Of a DNA stretch of 64,000 nt, positions 40,136 to 50,904 are shown piece by piece; position 1 is the stretch's first letter, and the number at the start of each line of letters is the position of its first letter. The stretch covers positions 64,001-128,000 of the forward strand of contig JBNJFB010000001.1 in the NCBI GenBank assembly GCA_051746405.1, written 5' to 3'. The translations under genes were made by a program, and so were the position numbers. Below the pieces are notes generated by a model. That model searched no databases. It was given only the letters and a program-made list of their open reading frames with translations, and had not been told where the DNA came from. This DNA is from Campylobacterota bacterium. GTDB taxonomy: Bacteria; Campylobacterota; Campylobacteria; Campylobacterales; Arcobacteraceae.

Positions 40136-41893
40136 ATGAGTAGGTTTTTAAATTTTTTTTCTTTAGTTTTTATAGTTACCTTTGCTAGTGCACAAGAGTA
40201 TAAAGTAGATATTTTAGTTGATAAAAATATAGATAAATATATAAATGAGTTTAAACAGGAGACAAAAAGTGTATTTTTCAGAGATGATAGTATAAATTTT
40301 AATATAAAAACTTGTAAGCTAAACTGTAAAAATTTTTTAGATAATAAGTTTGATATTGCTGTATTTCAAGCTTCAAAAAAGCAAAAGCATAAAGAAACCT
40401 ATCTCATAAACTATAATAAAATCCAATCGTCATATGATAAAAATAGAGTAATAAAAGCTTTTTCATTAGCAGTTTTTGAGTATTTAAAAGAGTCTAAAAA
40501 AGATTCAATATTTTTAAAAAGTGTAGAGATATTCTCTTTAAAAAAAGAAGAGACTAGGAAAAAAAAGAGTTTAAATCTAAAAGATTTAGCAACATTTATT
40601 AAGAAAAATAGTTATGAGTATAAACAAAATAAAAATAGTTTAGATTTAGACTTTTTAGATATAAAGCAAGCACAAAGTAGTTTTAAACCAAAGCTATCAG
40701 CTTTTTCAAACTATGTACAAATTGATGAAGATAGGGCAAAAGCCAGCAAAGGTCAAGCTGTGCAAAAGCAGTTAACTGCAGGTATAAAAGTAAAACAACT
40801 ACTTTATTCCAATGAAGCTTTAAAAAATATTAAGATAAAAAAACTACTTCATAAAGCATCAAAGCAAGATATAAAAGCAGTGAATGAAAGACTTTTATAT
40901 GAGTCAATTCTTATTTATTTAAATATTATTCAAGTAAAAGAACAATTAGAAATAATAAATAAAAAAAGAGATTTTATACAAAAAAATATGCTTTTTTCAA
41001 AGCAAAGAGTACAAATAGGTGTTGCAAATAGAAGTGATATTTATAGATGGGAAAGTGAATTTGCAAATGCAAATATAAGGTTTTCAACTACAAAGCAAAA
41101 ACTGCAAGAGCTTAAATATGAGCTTTTTAATAAACTAGGTTTAAAAGATAGTTATGATTTTATAAATTATGATATGAAAACTTCATTGTTCAAGCTTTTA
41201 TCAAAAGATGCAATAAAATATATACAAAACCCAAGGGTGCAAAAACTTTTTTTCAAGTTTGTAGTACAAGAGCATCCTTGGTTGAAAAAGCTTCAAGAGA
41301 CTGTTTTAGCAAAAAAAGAGCAAGTAGCAATGAACAAAGAGAGTTACTACTCTCCTAAGTTAGCTTTTGAGGGAAATTATAAAAAGTATTTAAGTAAAGA
41401 AGGAGAAGCAGCTAATATACCTGTACCCTTTGATGATAGGGAGTTTGAAGCAGTAGTAAATTTAAGTTTTGATTTATATAACTCCTCTTTGAAAGACATA
41501 AAGCTTCAAAGAAGCAAAATTGAGTATTTAAATTTGAAGATTTCATATAATAAAACAGAAGATTTAATAGCAAAAAATTTAAAAACAAACTACTATTTTC
41601 TACAAAAGTCTTATGAAAATATTAGCTATTCAAAAAACTCACTTCACTCATCAAAGAAAAACTTAGAGTATTTGCAAGATAGATATAATAATAAAAAAGC
41701 AAATATTATAGAGCTATTAGATGCCCAAAACACATACTCAATAGCACAAGCAAACTATAATATCTCAGTTAATAAATATTTGCAAAATCTTGTTTCTATC
41801 TACTTTTTTATTGGTAAAATTGAATTACTTGTAAATGAAAATATTAAGTATGAACTTGAGAATAGAATAAATGAAATTTTAAAGGGTGATTAG
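40136..41893 (+). CDS. TolC family outer membrane protein with extra N-terminal region
   Basis: Two OEP-like repeats, IIELLDAQ; upstream of adaptor and RND genes. Confidence 0.85.
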   Translation: MSRFLNFFSLVFIVTFASAQEYKVDILVDKNIDKYINEFKQETKSVFFRDDSINFNIKTCKLNCKNFLDNKFDIAVFQASKKQKHKETYLINYNKIQSSYDKNRVIKAFSLAVFEYLKESKKDSIFLKSVEIFSLKKEETRKKKSLNLKDLATFIKKNSYEYKQNKNSLDLDFLDIKQAQSSFKPKLSAFSNYVQIDEDRAKASKGQAVQKQLTAGIKVKQLLYSNEALKNIKIKKLLHKASKQDIKAVNERLLYESILIYLNIIQVKEQLEIINKKRDFIQKNMLFSKQRVQIGVANRSDIYRWESEFANANIRFSTTKQKLQELKYELFNKLGLKDSYDFINYDMKTSLFKLLSKDAIKYIQNPRVQKLFFKFVVQEHPWLKKLQETVLAKKEQVAMNKESYYSPKLAFEGNYKKYLSKEGEAANIPVPFDDREFEAVVNLSFDLYNSSLKDIKLQRSKIEYLNLKISYNKTEDLIAKNLKTNYYFLQKSYENISYSKNSLHSSKKNLEYLQDRYNNKKANIIELLDAQNTYSIAQANYNISVNKYLQNLVSIYFFIGKIELLVNENIKYELENRINEILKGD

Positions 41894-42993
41894 TGAAAAA
41901 AGTATATATATTTGTATTGATTATTTTAGTTTTTGCAGCTTGTGAAAAAAAAGAGATTAAGCAAGAAGTCCAATCTATCAAAACAGTTTTTGCAACAAAG
42001 CCACAACCAAAAGATGAAAATACTAAAAGAGTATTTACAGCTATTGCCACATCAAATAAAAAATCAAAACTTAGTTTTAAAGTAAAAGGAAATATTACCT
42101 ATCTAAAAGCAGAAGTAGGGGATTTTATAGAAAAAGATATGCTAGTTGCAAAGCTTGATTCTAAGCCTTATGAAATAAAAGTATCTCAAATAGAGCATGC
42201 ATTAAGTCAAGCAAAAGCACAACTACAAAATTATAGAAATAGCTATGAGAGAGTTAAAAAACTCTATGTAAATCAAAATGCAAGTGCAGATGAAATTGAT
42301 AAAGCAAAGGCTACTTATAAATCAGCATTGGCAAATGTTGAAAATATAAATAAGCAGTTGGATTATGCAAAACTACAACTATCATATACTAAACTTTATG
42401 CACCAATTAGTGGCTTTTTATCTAAAAAGTTTGTTCAAGAAAATGAAAATATAAATGCGGGAACTCCTGTAGTTTTTATAAGTGATAAATTAATAGATGA
42501 AGTTACTATTCAAATACCACAAAATATGATAAATCAAATAGTAAAAAATGATAAGGTAAAAGTAGTATTTGACTCTTTGGCAAATAAAAAGTTTGATGCA
42601 AAAGTTTATGAGGTCTCAAAATACTCTTTTGAGAAATCAAAAACTTACAAAGTAAAAGTAAAACTAAATAAAAAAATAGATTTAATAAAAGCAGGAATGT
42701 CAGCAGAGGTCTATTTTGACTTTGAGTCTAAAATAGATGCTACTATTTTTTATTTGCCTTCAAGAAGTGTTTTAAAAGATAACAAAGGTCATTTTGTATA
42801 TCTACTAAAAAAACAGAACTCAAACTATAGTGTAAAAAAACAGTATATAAAAGTAGGTAACTTAACTTCAAAGGGTTATGAGGTTTTACGTAATTTAAAA
42901 GCAGATGATTTAGTTTTAAAAGCTGGAATGACAGAAGTCTATGAAGATATGAGTGTTGAAATTACAAATAAAAAAGAGCTGGGTTTATTATAA
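41893..42993 (+). CDS. RND periplasmic adaptor (membrane fusion protein)
   Basis: Lipobox FAAC, LSFKVKG, coiled coil, LYAPISG, GMSA. Confidence 0.92.
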   Translation: MKKVYIFVLIILVFAACEKKEIKQEVQSIKTVFATKPQPKDENTKRVFTAIATSNKKSKLSFKVKGNITYLKAEVGDFIEKDMLVAKLDSKPYEIKVSQIEHALSQAKAQLQNYRNSYERVKKLYVNQNASADEIDKAKATYKSALANVENINKQLDYAKLQLSYTKLYAPISGFLSKKFVQENENINAGTPVVFISDKLIDEVTIQIPQNMINQIVKNDKVKVVFDSLANKKFDAKVYEVSKYSFEKSKTYKVKVKLNKKIDLIKAGMSAEVYFDFESKIDATIFYLPSRSVLKDNKGHFVYLLKKQNSNYSVKKQYIKVGNLTSKGYEVLRNLKADDLVLKAGMTEVYEDMSVEITNKKELGLL

Positions 42994-45900
42994 ATGTCTA
43001 TTACAAAATTTTCTATTGAAAAAAGTGTAGTAACTGCTGTTTTTGCAATTATGCTGCTTATTTATGGCATTATCTCATTTTTTGAATTGCCACGGGCTAA
43101 AGATCCAGGTTTTACTGTAAGAACTGCAACTGTTGTTACGTATTTTCCAGGGGCTAGTGCTAAAAGAGTAGAACAGCTTGTAACAGATAAGCTAGAAAAG
43201 AGTATTCAGCAGATGCCTCAAATTGATAATATTACATCAACTTCAAAAAATGGTGTCTCTATTATTTTTGTAAATATATTAGAAAAATACCAAAATATGC
43301 GTGAAATTTGGGATACATTAAGAAGAAAGGTACAAAAAGGCTCCAGAAATCTTCCTAAAACAGCCTCTAGTCCTATAGTAAATGATGAGTTTGGTGATGT
43401 ATATGGAACTATGCTTGCTGTTACAAGTGATGGTTTAGATTATGGGCAACTTGAAAATGTGGCAAAAGATACAAAAGATATACTATTAAGGCTTCAAGAT
43501 GTTGCAAAGATAAAGCTTCTAGGAGTTCAACCAAAACGTGTCTATATAAACTTTGATAGTTCGCAATTAGCAAAATTAAATATTAGTGCCTCTTACTTAA
43601 AAGATGTTTTACAACAAAAAAATATAGTATATTCAGGTGGTGAGATTAAAGTTGATAAATCAAAACTATCAATAGAGCCAACAGGAAACTTTGAAAATAT
43701 ACAACAGATAAAAAATACAATAATACCACTTGAAACAGGTGAGTTTGTCTATTTAAAAGATATTTCTAATATAGAGTTAGGGTACGAAAATCCAAGTAGT
43801 TATTTAGTAAGAAAAAATGGTAATGAATCTATATTGCTAGCTATTTCCATGAAAGATGATGGGGATATTATAAGATTAGGAGAGCAAACAAATAAACAAC
43901 TAAAGCAGATAAAAAGCAAACTTCCCCTTGGTATAAAAATAGAAAAAGTATTTAATGAACCAAAAATAGTTGAAGATATTGTAGGAAATTTTGTAAATAA
44001 TCTACTTCAGGCTATGGGCTTAGTTATTTTGATTATGCTATTTTCACTTGGATTTAGAACAGGACTTATTGTAGCTGTACTTATTCCTATGTCAGTTCTA
44101 GCATCTTTTATAGTTATGAAAACTTTTGATATTTGGCTAGACCAGGTATCCCTTGCTGCTTTGATTATATCTTTGGGTTTATTAGTTGATAGTGCTATTG
44201 TGATGAGTGAATCTATTATGGTATTAATGCAAAAGGGAAGAGATGTCACAAAAGCTAGTATTGAGAGTGCAAATGAACTTAAAATACCTCTTTTGACTTC
44301 TGCACTTACTACATCAGCAGCATTTTTACCTATTTTTTTAGCCCAGTCTACAACAGGAGAGTATACTAATTCGATTTTTAAAGTTGTTACTATTACACTT
44401 CTTTGTTCATGGGGGCTTGCTTTGACTTTAACGCCAGTTCTTAGTAAGTATTTTATGAAAAAAAAGAAAAAAGATACACAAAATCACTTTATAGTAAATG
44501 CCTATGAAAGCTTTTTGAAGTTTATATTAATACATAGATTTAAGAGTTTGGTTTTTATTTTAATTATATTTGTAAGCTCCTTTAAACTAATGGAGTATAT
44601 TCCAAAGATATTTTTCCCACCCTCTACTCAAAAAACTTTTACAGTTGAAATAAGACTTCCAATTGGAACATCAATAGATACAACTAAACAAAGTGTAAAA
44701 GAGATTGAAGAGTATATAAAGCAAAGCTATATGAAAAAAGATAAAAAAGTAGAGAGTTTTGTATCTTTTATAGGTAAAAGTGCCCCTAGATTTTGGCTTG
44801 CTTATAATCAAGAGCTTGCTAGTGTTGAGTATGCTACTATCTTGGTTAATACAAAAAAGTATGAATATTTAGATGAAATTAGAAAAGATATTGAAAACTA
44901 TGCAAATAAAAGATTTCCAGATATGCAAGCTAGTGCAAAAGCTTTAGGAAATGGTCCTCCTGTAAAAAAACCAATAGAGATAAGAGTAAGTGGTAAAAAT
45001 ATTGATAAGTTATTTGAAATATCATCACAAATAAAACAGAAACTAAGCAGTATAAATGGGGTTAAAAATATTGTTGATGATTGGGGAGTTAAAACAAAAA
45101 AATTAGTAGTAGATATAGATGAAGCAAATGCATTAAAGCTTCAAATTACAAATCTTGATATAGCCCTTTCGCTACAAAGTGCAATGAGTGGTTATAAGGT
45201 AACTACTTTTAGAAAAGATGATGACTTAATACCTATGGTCTTAAGATTAAATGAAACTTCAAGAGATGATATAGATAGACTAAAATCAATTAGTGTTTAC
45301 TCCCAAAAAACAGGAGAGAATGTACCTTTATCACAAGTTGCAAGTATAAAAGTGGCATATGAAGAGTCAAAAATCATAAGAAGAGATAGACAAAAGACCA
45401 TAACAGTAGCAGCAAATGTATCACAAAATGCAAATGCTTTAGAGGTTTTTGAAAAAATCACTCCATATATGCAAGAGCTGGAAACTAGTTTTCCCCTTGG
45501 ATACTATTATGAGTTTGGAGGTGAGTACGAGGCTTCAGGTAAAGCAAATGAGTCAATAATGAAAAATGTGCCATTAACTTTTATGATAATTATTATACTT
45601 TTAGTAGCTCAATTTAACTCTATAAAAAAACCTTTGATTATACTACTTACTATTCCTTTAGGTGTTATTGGAGTATTTATTGGGTTATATGTGACAAACT
45701 CATATTTTGGATTTATGACCTTACTTGGAATTATCTCTTTAAGTGGAATTGTAATAAACAATGCAATTGTACTTTTAGAGCGAATTGAGTTGGAAAAAGA
45801 TAGAGCAAATAGTCACTATGAGGGTTTATTAAACGCTTGTATAAGTAGGTTTAGACCAATAATGTTAACAACATTTACAACTATTTTTGGGTTAATCCCT

Positions 45901-46059
45901 CTGTGGTATAGTGGTGGAGTTATGTGGGAGCCAATGGCTGTTTCTATTATATTTGGGTTAATGTTTGCTACAATTCTTACCTTAGGATTTGTACCTATTT
46001 TATATGCAATTATGTATAAAGTTAAAATATCAAGGAATAAAATAGATGGAAAAAGATAA
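42994..46059 (+). CDS. AcrB/AcrD/AcrF family RND permease
   Basis: 1021 aa, PGASA, GLLVDSAIV, GIVINNAIV, RFRPIMLT. Confidence 0.95.
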   Translation: MSITKFSIEKSVVTAVFAIMLLIYGIISFFELPRAKDPGFTVRTATVVTYFPGASAKRVEQLVTDKLEKSIQQMPQIDNITSTSKNGVSIIFVNILEKYQNMREIWDTLRRKVQKGSRNLPKTASSPIVNDEFGDVYGTMLAVTSDGLDYGQLENVAKDTKDILLRLQDVAKIKLLGVQPKRVYINFDSSQLAKLNISASYLKDVLQQKNIVYSGGEIKVDKSKLSIEPTGNFENIQQIKNTIIPLETGEFVYLKDISNIELGYENPSSYLVRKNGNESILLAISMKDDGDIIRLGEQTNKQLKQIKSKLPLGIKIEKVFNEPKIVEDIVGNFVNNLLQAMGLVILIMLFSLGFRTGLIVAVLIPMSVLASFIVMKTFDIWLDQVSLAALIISLGLLVDSAIVMSESIMVLMQKGRDVTKASIESANELKIPLLTSALTTSAAFLPIFLAQSTTGEYTNSIFKVVTITLLCSWGLALTLTPVLSKYFMKKKKKDTQNHFIVNAYESFLKFILIHRFKSLVFILIIFVSSFKLMEYIPKIFFPPSTQKTFTVEIRLPIGTSIDTTKQSVKEIEEYIKQSYMKKDKKVESFVSFIGKSAPRFWLAYNQELASVEYATILVNTKKYEYLDEIRKDIENYANKRFPDMQASAKALGNGPPVKKPIEIRVSGKNIDKLFEISSQIKQKLSSINGVKNIVDDWGVKTKKLVVDIDEANALKLQITNLDIALSLQSAMSGYKVTTFRKDDDLIPMVLRLNETSRDDIDRLKSISVYSQKTGENVPLSQVASIKVAYEESKIIRRDRQKTITVAANVSQNANALEVFEKITPYMQELETSFPLGYYYEFGGEYEASGKANESIMKNVPLTFMIIIILLVAQFNSIKKPLIILLTIPLGVIGVFIGLYVTNSYFGFMTLLGIISLSGIVINNAIVLLERIELEKDRANSHYEGLLNACISRFRPIMLTTFTTIFGLIPLWYSGGVMWEPMAVSIIFGLMFATILTLGFVPILYAIMYKVKISRNKIDGKR

Positions 46060-46921
46060 AACAAGTGTATCTTTAGTATTAGGAAGTGGTGGTGCTAGAG
46101 GGTATGCACATATTGGTGTTATCAAAGAGTTGCAAAATCAAGGTTATGAAATAAAATCTATCTCAGGTTCATCAATAGGAGCTTTAGTTGGAGGACTTTA
46201 TGCTTGTGGAAAGTTAGAAGAGTATGAAGAATGGGTTTTAAATTTTGATGTAATGGATGTGATTAAGTTAGTTGATTTCTCTTTTTCAGGAAACGGCATG
46301 ATAAGTGCTGATAAGGTTTTTGATAAGATTGATAGTATTATAGCAGATGAGTTGAATATTGAGGATTTAGATACTCCTTTTACAGCCACAGCAACTGATA
46401 TTATAAATAAAAAAGAGGTATGGATAAATAAAGGTAGTTTAAAAGATGCTATTAGAGCCTCAATTGCAATACCAACAATTTTTACTCCAAAAATTATAAA
46501 TGATAGAGTTTTATTTGATGGTGGTATTTTAAATCCTGTTCCAATACTACCTGCAGCTTCACATTTTACTGATTTAGTAGTAGCAGTAAATCTAAATGAA
46601 GATATAAAATTAAAGTCAAAATATAAAAAGATATTTAAAAAGAAAAAGAGTATTTTAGGTGATAATGTAAGTGAATTTTTAAATAAAAAGTTTACAAAAA
46701 AGAAAAAAACATTATCCTATTTTGAAATAGTAAACTTATCAATTGAGAGTATGCAAGATGTGATTTCAAGACATCAGCTAGCAAGTCATAAACCTGATAT
46801 TATGATAAATATTTCAAGTAATTGTTGTGATTTTTATGATTTTCACAGGGCTAAAGAGATTATTTCTTATGGGCAAGCAGTTACAAAAGATAGCATAAAA
46901 GCATATGAACAAGATGAATAA
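46046..46921 (+). CDS. Patatin-like phospholipase (RssA-like)
   Basis: GSGGARG, GSSIG, DGG. Confidence 0.93.
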   Translation: MEKDKTSVSLVLGSGGARGYAHIGVIKELQNQGYEIKSISGSSIGALVGGLYACGKLEEYEEWVLNFDVMDVIKLVDFSFSGNGMISADKVFDKIDSIIADELNIEDLDTPFTATATDIINKKEVWINKGSLKDAIRASIAIPTIFTPKIINDRVLFDGGILNPVPILPAASHFTDLVVAVNLNEDIKLKSKYKKIFKKKKSILGDNVSEFLNKKFTKKKKTLSYFEIVNLSIESMQDVISRHQLASHKPDIMINISSNCCDFYDFHRAKEIISYGQAVTKDSIKAYEQDE

Positions 46922-46996
46922 ATATTACTTTTATAATAATAAAAACTTAACTACAATTTGAATATAATATAATAAATAGTTATAAAAGGCACCATC

Positions 46997-48892
46997 ATGG
47001 ATAGTAAAAAAAGAGATTTTAGTTTTACAATTGGAAAAAAAATGTTTATCTTTTCATCACTTATTTTAGTGATACTGATAATATCAAGTATTGTTAAGTA
47101 TAATACAATTAAAGAGGCTGAAAAGAACTTTGATATTTATGCACAAAAAGCAGTTCAAGGAAAAATTGTAGCTTTAGAAATCAAGCAAAAATTAAATCAT
47201 TTAAATGAGTTATATAAAACTATTTTTTTAGAAGAGTCTTATTCAAATATTTTAAATGAGATAGAAAAAGATAAAGAGTATATTCAAAAGAAGTTTAATG
47301 AGCTTGCATTAACTGTAAAAAATGTTCCAAATGAGAAGAGAAAAACAAAAAAGGTTAATGATTCTCAAAAAACTATTTTAACACATATTGATAATGTTAT
47401 AAGCATATCAAGAAAAGTTTCAAAAATTGATGATAAGTCAATACAAATTGAACTTTATAAAAAGACTATTGATGATATAAATAAAAAATTTATTGAATCA
47501 GAAAAAGAGTTTAATACTATAATCAAAACGAAAAATAATGGACTTAATAAAAGAACAAAAATGTATCATAATGAAATGGAGAGCCTTTTAACGTTTATTA
47601 TAATAGAAACATTTGTTATTTTTATTTTCATTGCAGTTGCACTATTTTTTATGTCAAGAAATATAATAAACTCTCTTAATAATTTTAAAACTGGATTAGA
47701 CTCATTCTTTGATTTCTTAAATAAAAAATCTAATGATGTTAAGCCAATAAATATTACTTCAAATGATGAGTTTGGATATATGTCAAATATTATAAATGAA
47801 AATATTAGCTCCACAAAAAAATCACTTCAAGAAGACAGTGTATTAATTGATGATGTGAATAAAGTAATTAGTAGAGTTAAAAACGGATGGTATTCTCAAG
47901 AGATTAAAGCTAATACTTCAAATGAGACTTTAATGATTTTAAAAGCAGGTATAAATGAAATGATAAGAGCTACAAAAGATCACTTTAAAGCAGTTAATGA
48001 ATCTTTAGAAGAGTATGCAAACTATGATTATACAAAAAAACTTGAGTTAAGTGATATTGAAAAAGGTGGTGTATTTGAAGTTTTAGTTAATGATATAAAT
48101 AAATTAAGAGATGCAATTAATGAAATGCTAAATGGCAATAGTAAAAATGGTCAAGTGTTGAATGATAATGCAAATACACTATTGACAAATGTTGATAAAC
48201 TTAACTCATCATCAAATGAAGCCGCATCAAAATTAGAAGAGACAGCAGCTGCAGTTGAAGAGATTACAAGTAATGTGAAAAACTCAAATGAAAAAATAGT
48301 AAAAATGTCAAGTATTGCTAATAAGGTTAATAATAATGCAAATGAGGGTGAAAAACTAGCAACACAAACTACAAAATCAATTGATGAGATTAATGAGAAA
48401 GTATCAGCAATTAGTGAAGCTATTACTTTAATAGATAATATAGCATTTCAAACAAATATTTTATCATTAAATGCAGCTGTGGAGTCTGCAACTGCAGGTG
48501 AGGCTGGAAAAGGTTTCGCTGTAGTAGCAAATGAGGTTAGAAACTTAGCAAATAGAAGTGCAGAGACTGCAAATGAGATAAAAAGTCTTGTGCAAGAGGC
48601 ATCACTTAAATCTTCTAATGGTAAAACAATATCAAATCAGATGATTGAGGGGTATTTAGAATTAAAAAGTAGTATTAATGAGACCACAAATATAATAGAG
48701 GATATACAGTCCACTTCAAAAGAACAACAAGAGGGAATAGTTCAAATAAATGATGCAATTAATTCACTTGATAAGCAAACTCAAGAGAACGCATCTGTTG
48801 CTATGGAAGCTAATGATATAGCTAGGAAAACTTTAGGTATATCAAAAGAGATTCTAGAAGATACAAATAAGAAAAAGTTTGAAAAAAGATAG
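46997..48892 (+). CDS. Methyl-accepting chemotaxis protein with helical periplasmic sensor
   Basis: Two TMs, [19 protein letters not shown]. Confidence 0.92.
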   Translation: MDSKKRDFSFTIGKKMFIFSSLILVILIISSIVKYNTIKEAEKNFDIYAQKAVQGKIVALEIKQKLNHLNELYKTIFLEESYSNILNEIEKDKEYIQKKFNELALTVKNVPNEKRKTKKVNDSQKTILTHIDNVISISRKVSKIDDKSIQIELYKKTIDDINKKFIESEKEFNTIIKTKNNGLNKRTKMYHNEMESLLTFIIIETFVIFIFIAVALFFMSRNIINSLNNFKTGLDSFFDFLNKKSNDVKPINITSNDEFGYMSNIINENISSTKKSLQEDSVLIDDVNKVISRVKNGWYSQEIKANTSNETLMILKAGINEMIRATKDHFKAVNESLEEYANYDYTKKLELSDIEKGGVFEVLVNDINKLRDAINEMLNGNSKNGQVLNDNANTLLTNVDKLNSSSNEAASKLEETAAAVEEITSNVKNSNEKIVKMSSIANKVNNNANEGEKLATQTTKSIDEINEKVSAISEAITLIDNIAFQTNILSLNAAVESATAGEAGKGFAVVANEVRNLANRSAETANEIKSLVQEASLKSSNGKTISNQMIEGYLELKSSINETTNIIEDIQSTSKEQQEGIVQINDAINSLDKQTQENASVAMEANDIARKTLGISKEILEDTNKKKFEKR

Positions 48893-48906
48893 TCACAATA
48901 GGGTGA

Positions 48907-49794
48907 TTATCTTTTGAAGATTTTGATATTATTTAGTGTTTTAACTGCATAAATTGTAAGAGATGTACCTATAATAATTGACAAACTTAACTGCTCATCT
49001 AAAAATATAATACTAAATAAAATAGCAAAAAATGGTACTAAAAATATAAAACTACTAACCTCATTTGTACCTAGCTTTTCAATACCTATAAAATATATAC
49101 TTGTTGCAAAGGTTGTTGAAACTATTGATAAACTAAGCATATTAAACCAAAAAATTGAATCAAACTTTTCGAACTCTATTTTAGGTATATCCACAAAAAA
49201 TATAGTAACTAATAGCACTGTAAATATATACATATATAGAGTAAATACCATAGGAGAAGTTTTTGTGATTTTTGAGCTAGTTATAGTTAAAAATGGCCAT
49301 AATATTGATGCTAATAAAAAGTATATATTTTGAGGTGATAAGATTTGTTCCTTTGAGAAACTAAAGATATCAAGCATTATTAAAACACCAAGTGCACCAA
49401 CTAAAATAGCAAAAATATCTTTTTTTACTATTTTTTTACCAAATAGTAAAGCCATAATCAAAAAAGTATTTATAGGAATTAGTGTAGTTACTAAAGCACC
49501 ACCTAAACTAGCTGTTCCAAACTTTGTACCTAAAAAGTAAAACTTTATATAAACTATCATAATGATTGAAGCAATAAAAGCTAAAAAGATACTTCTTAAG
49601 TTTATATAAAAATATTTTCTCATGATTACTAAAACAGGTATTAAAGTAATAGAGGTGATTAGGTTTCTGAAAAAAACTAACTCATACTCATTTATATATG
49701 AGCTTAGAACTTTTGCATTTACCCATGATGCACCCCATGCAGCCATAGCTAAAAACATTAGAAAATAGAATAGATTTTTGTTGGTTTGTGTCAT
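48907..49794 (-). CDS. DMT/EamA family transporter
   Basis: WGASW, ten TMs, LVPFFA..LDE. Confidence 0.9.
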   Translation of the reverse strand: MTQTNKNLFYFLMFLAMAAWGASWVNAKVLSSYINEYELVFFRNLITSITLIPVLVIMRKYFYINLRSIFLAFIASIIMIVYIKFYFLGTKFGTASLGGALVTTLIPINTFLIMALLFGKKIVKKDIFAILVGALGVLIMLDIFSFSKEQILSPQNIYFLLASILWPFLTITSSKITKTSPMVFTLYMYIFTVLLVTIFFVDIPKIEFEKFDSIFWFNMLSLSIVSTTFATSIYFIGIEKLGTNEVSSFIFLVPFFAILFSIIFLDEQLSLSIIIGTSLTIYAVKTLNNIKIFKR

Positions 49795-49825
49795 GAACTA
49801 AGAAGAAAAAGAGTTTTGAAGCTAA

Positions 49826-50131
49826 TCAAGACTTCTTTTTCTCTTCATTTTTTTTAATATGAATAGCAGATTTTGCCATAAGGTGTGCACTTATAGGAGA
49901 AGTTATAAATAAAAATAGTGTTATTAAAACTTCATGTAAACTAAGCTCTCCTGTTTTGAAAGTAAAGTATATAGTTGAGGCTAACAGTACAGCGCCTACA
50001 CCCAATGTTGTTGCTTTTGTTGGGCCATGAAGCCTTGTAAAAAAGTCAGGTAGCTTTACAAGTCCAATTGAACCAATTAGAGTAAATAAAGCTCCTAATA
50101 AAATAAATATTGATATAACAATTTCAAACAT
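49826..50131 (-). CDS. mrpG: Mrp/Pha cation/H+ antiporter subunit G
   Basis: PDFFTRLHGPTKATTLG, TSPISAH. Confidence 0.93.
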   Translation of the reverse strand: MFEIVISIFILLGALFTLIGSIGLVKLPDFFTRLHGPTKATTLGVGAVLLASTIYFTFKTGELSLHEVLITLFLFITSPISAHLMAKSAIHIKKNEEKKKS

Positions 50132-50139
50132 TCTAACTC

Positions 50140-50409
50140 CTATTCCATAATATCGCCACGAAGTAAGTATTTACTAAGGGCAACTGTTCCAACAAATCCC
50201 ATAACTGCAATTAATAAAGCAGCTTCAAAGTATAGGGTATTTCCTAGATGTAAGCTTAAAATTATTAATAATGCAATTGAGTTAATATAAAGTGTATCAA
50301 GTGACAGTATTCTATCTGCAACGCTTGGTCCTATAATTAATCTATAAATATTTAGAATCATTGCAATTGAAATCATAGTAAATGCAGCTGGTAATATAAA
50401 TTCTAACAT
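50140..50409 (-). CDS. mrpF: Mrp/Pha antiporter subunit F
   Basis: GPSVADRILSLD. Confidence 0.93.
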   Translation of the reverse strand: MLEFILPAAFTMISIAMILNIYRLIIGPSVADRILSLDTLYINSIALLIILSLHLGNTLYFEAALLIAVMGFVGTVALSKYLLRGDIME

Positions 50410-50903
50410 GGTTTAAATACCTCCATTAATGGTGCTTCATATCTTTGTTTAATCTCATCAATTGTACCTTGTACATCATCAACAACTAGTCCATGAATAA
50501 TAAGATAGCTTTTATCTTCACTTAAATCACAACTAACAGTTCCAGGTGTTAGTGAGATAGTACTTGCTAATGTACTAATTCCTAAAGGGTGAGTAATATC
50601 TAAAGGCACATCAAAAAACTTAGGTTTAAGGTTTGCATTTGGTCCAAGTACTTGTCTTGCAACAGTTATATTTGCAATAATAATATCATATAAAACAACA
50701 ATTAAAAACTTTAGAAGAGTCAAGGGATTTCTTATACAAACTCTTTCAGGCCAAAAACTTGAAGTAAACCAAGGTATTAATATAGCTAAGATTGAACCTA
50801 AGACAACATGCCCAAAAGCTACTGTATTGTTTAATAAAAGCCAAATTATTACTAATATAATACTCAAATTTGGATGAGGTAAAATAGTGTTAATCTTCTT
50901 CAT
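50403..50903 (-). CDS. mrpE: Mrp/Pha antiporter subunit E
   Basis: ISLTPGT, IKQRYE. Confidence 0.93.
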   Translation of the reverse strand: MKKINTILPHPNLSIILVIIWLLLNNTVAFGHVVLGSILAILIPWFTSSFWPERVCIRNPLTLLKFLIVVLYDIIIANITVARQVLGPNANLKPKFFDVPLDITHPLGISTLASTISLTPGTVSCDLSEDKSYLIIHGLVVDDVQGTIDEIKQRYEAPLMEVFKPC

Positions 50904-50904
50904 T

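Noticed and set aside
39408..46921. SDR, RND pump and patatin as possible CRISPR ancillary or CBASS-like genes
   Set aside because: Separated from the array by about 500 bp; the patatin is RssA-like and coupled to the RND gene; no CD-NTase or sensor domain is seen.
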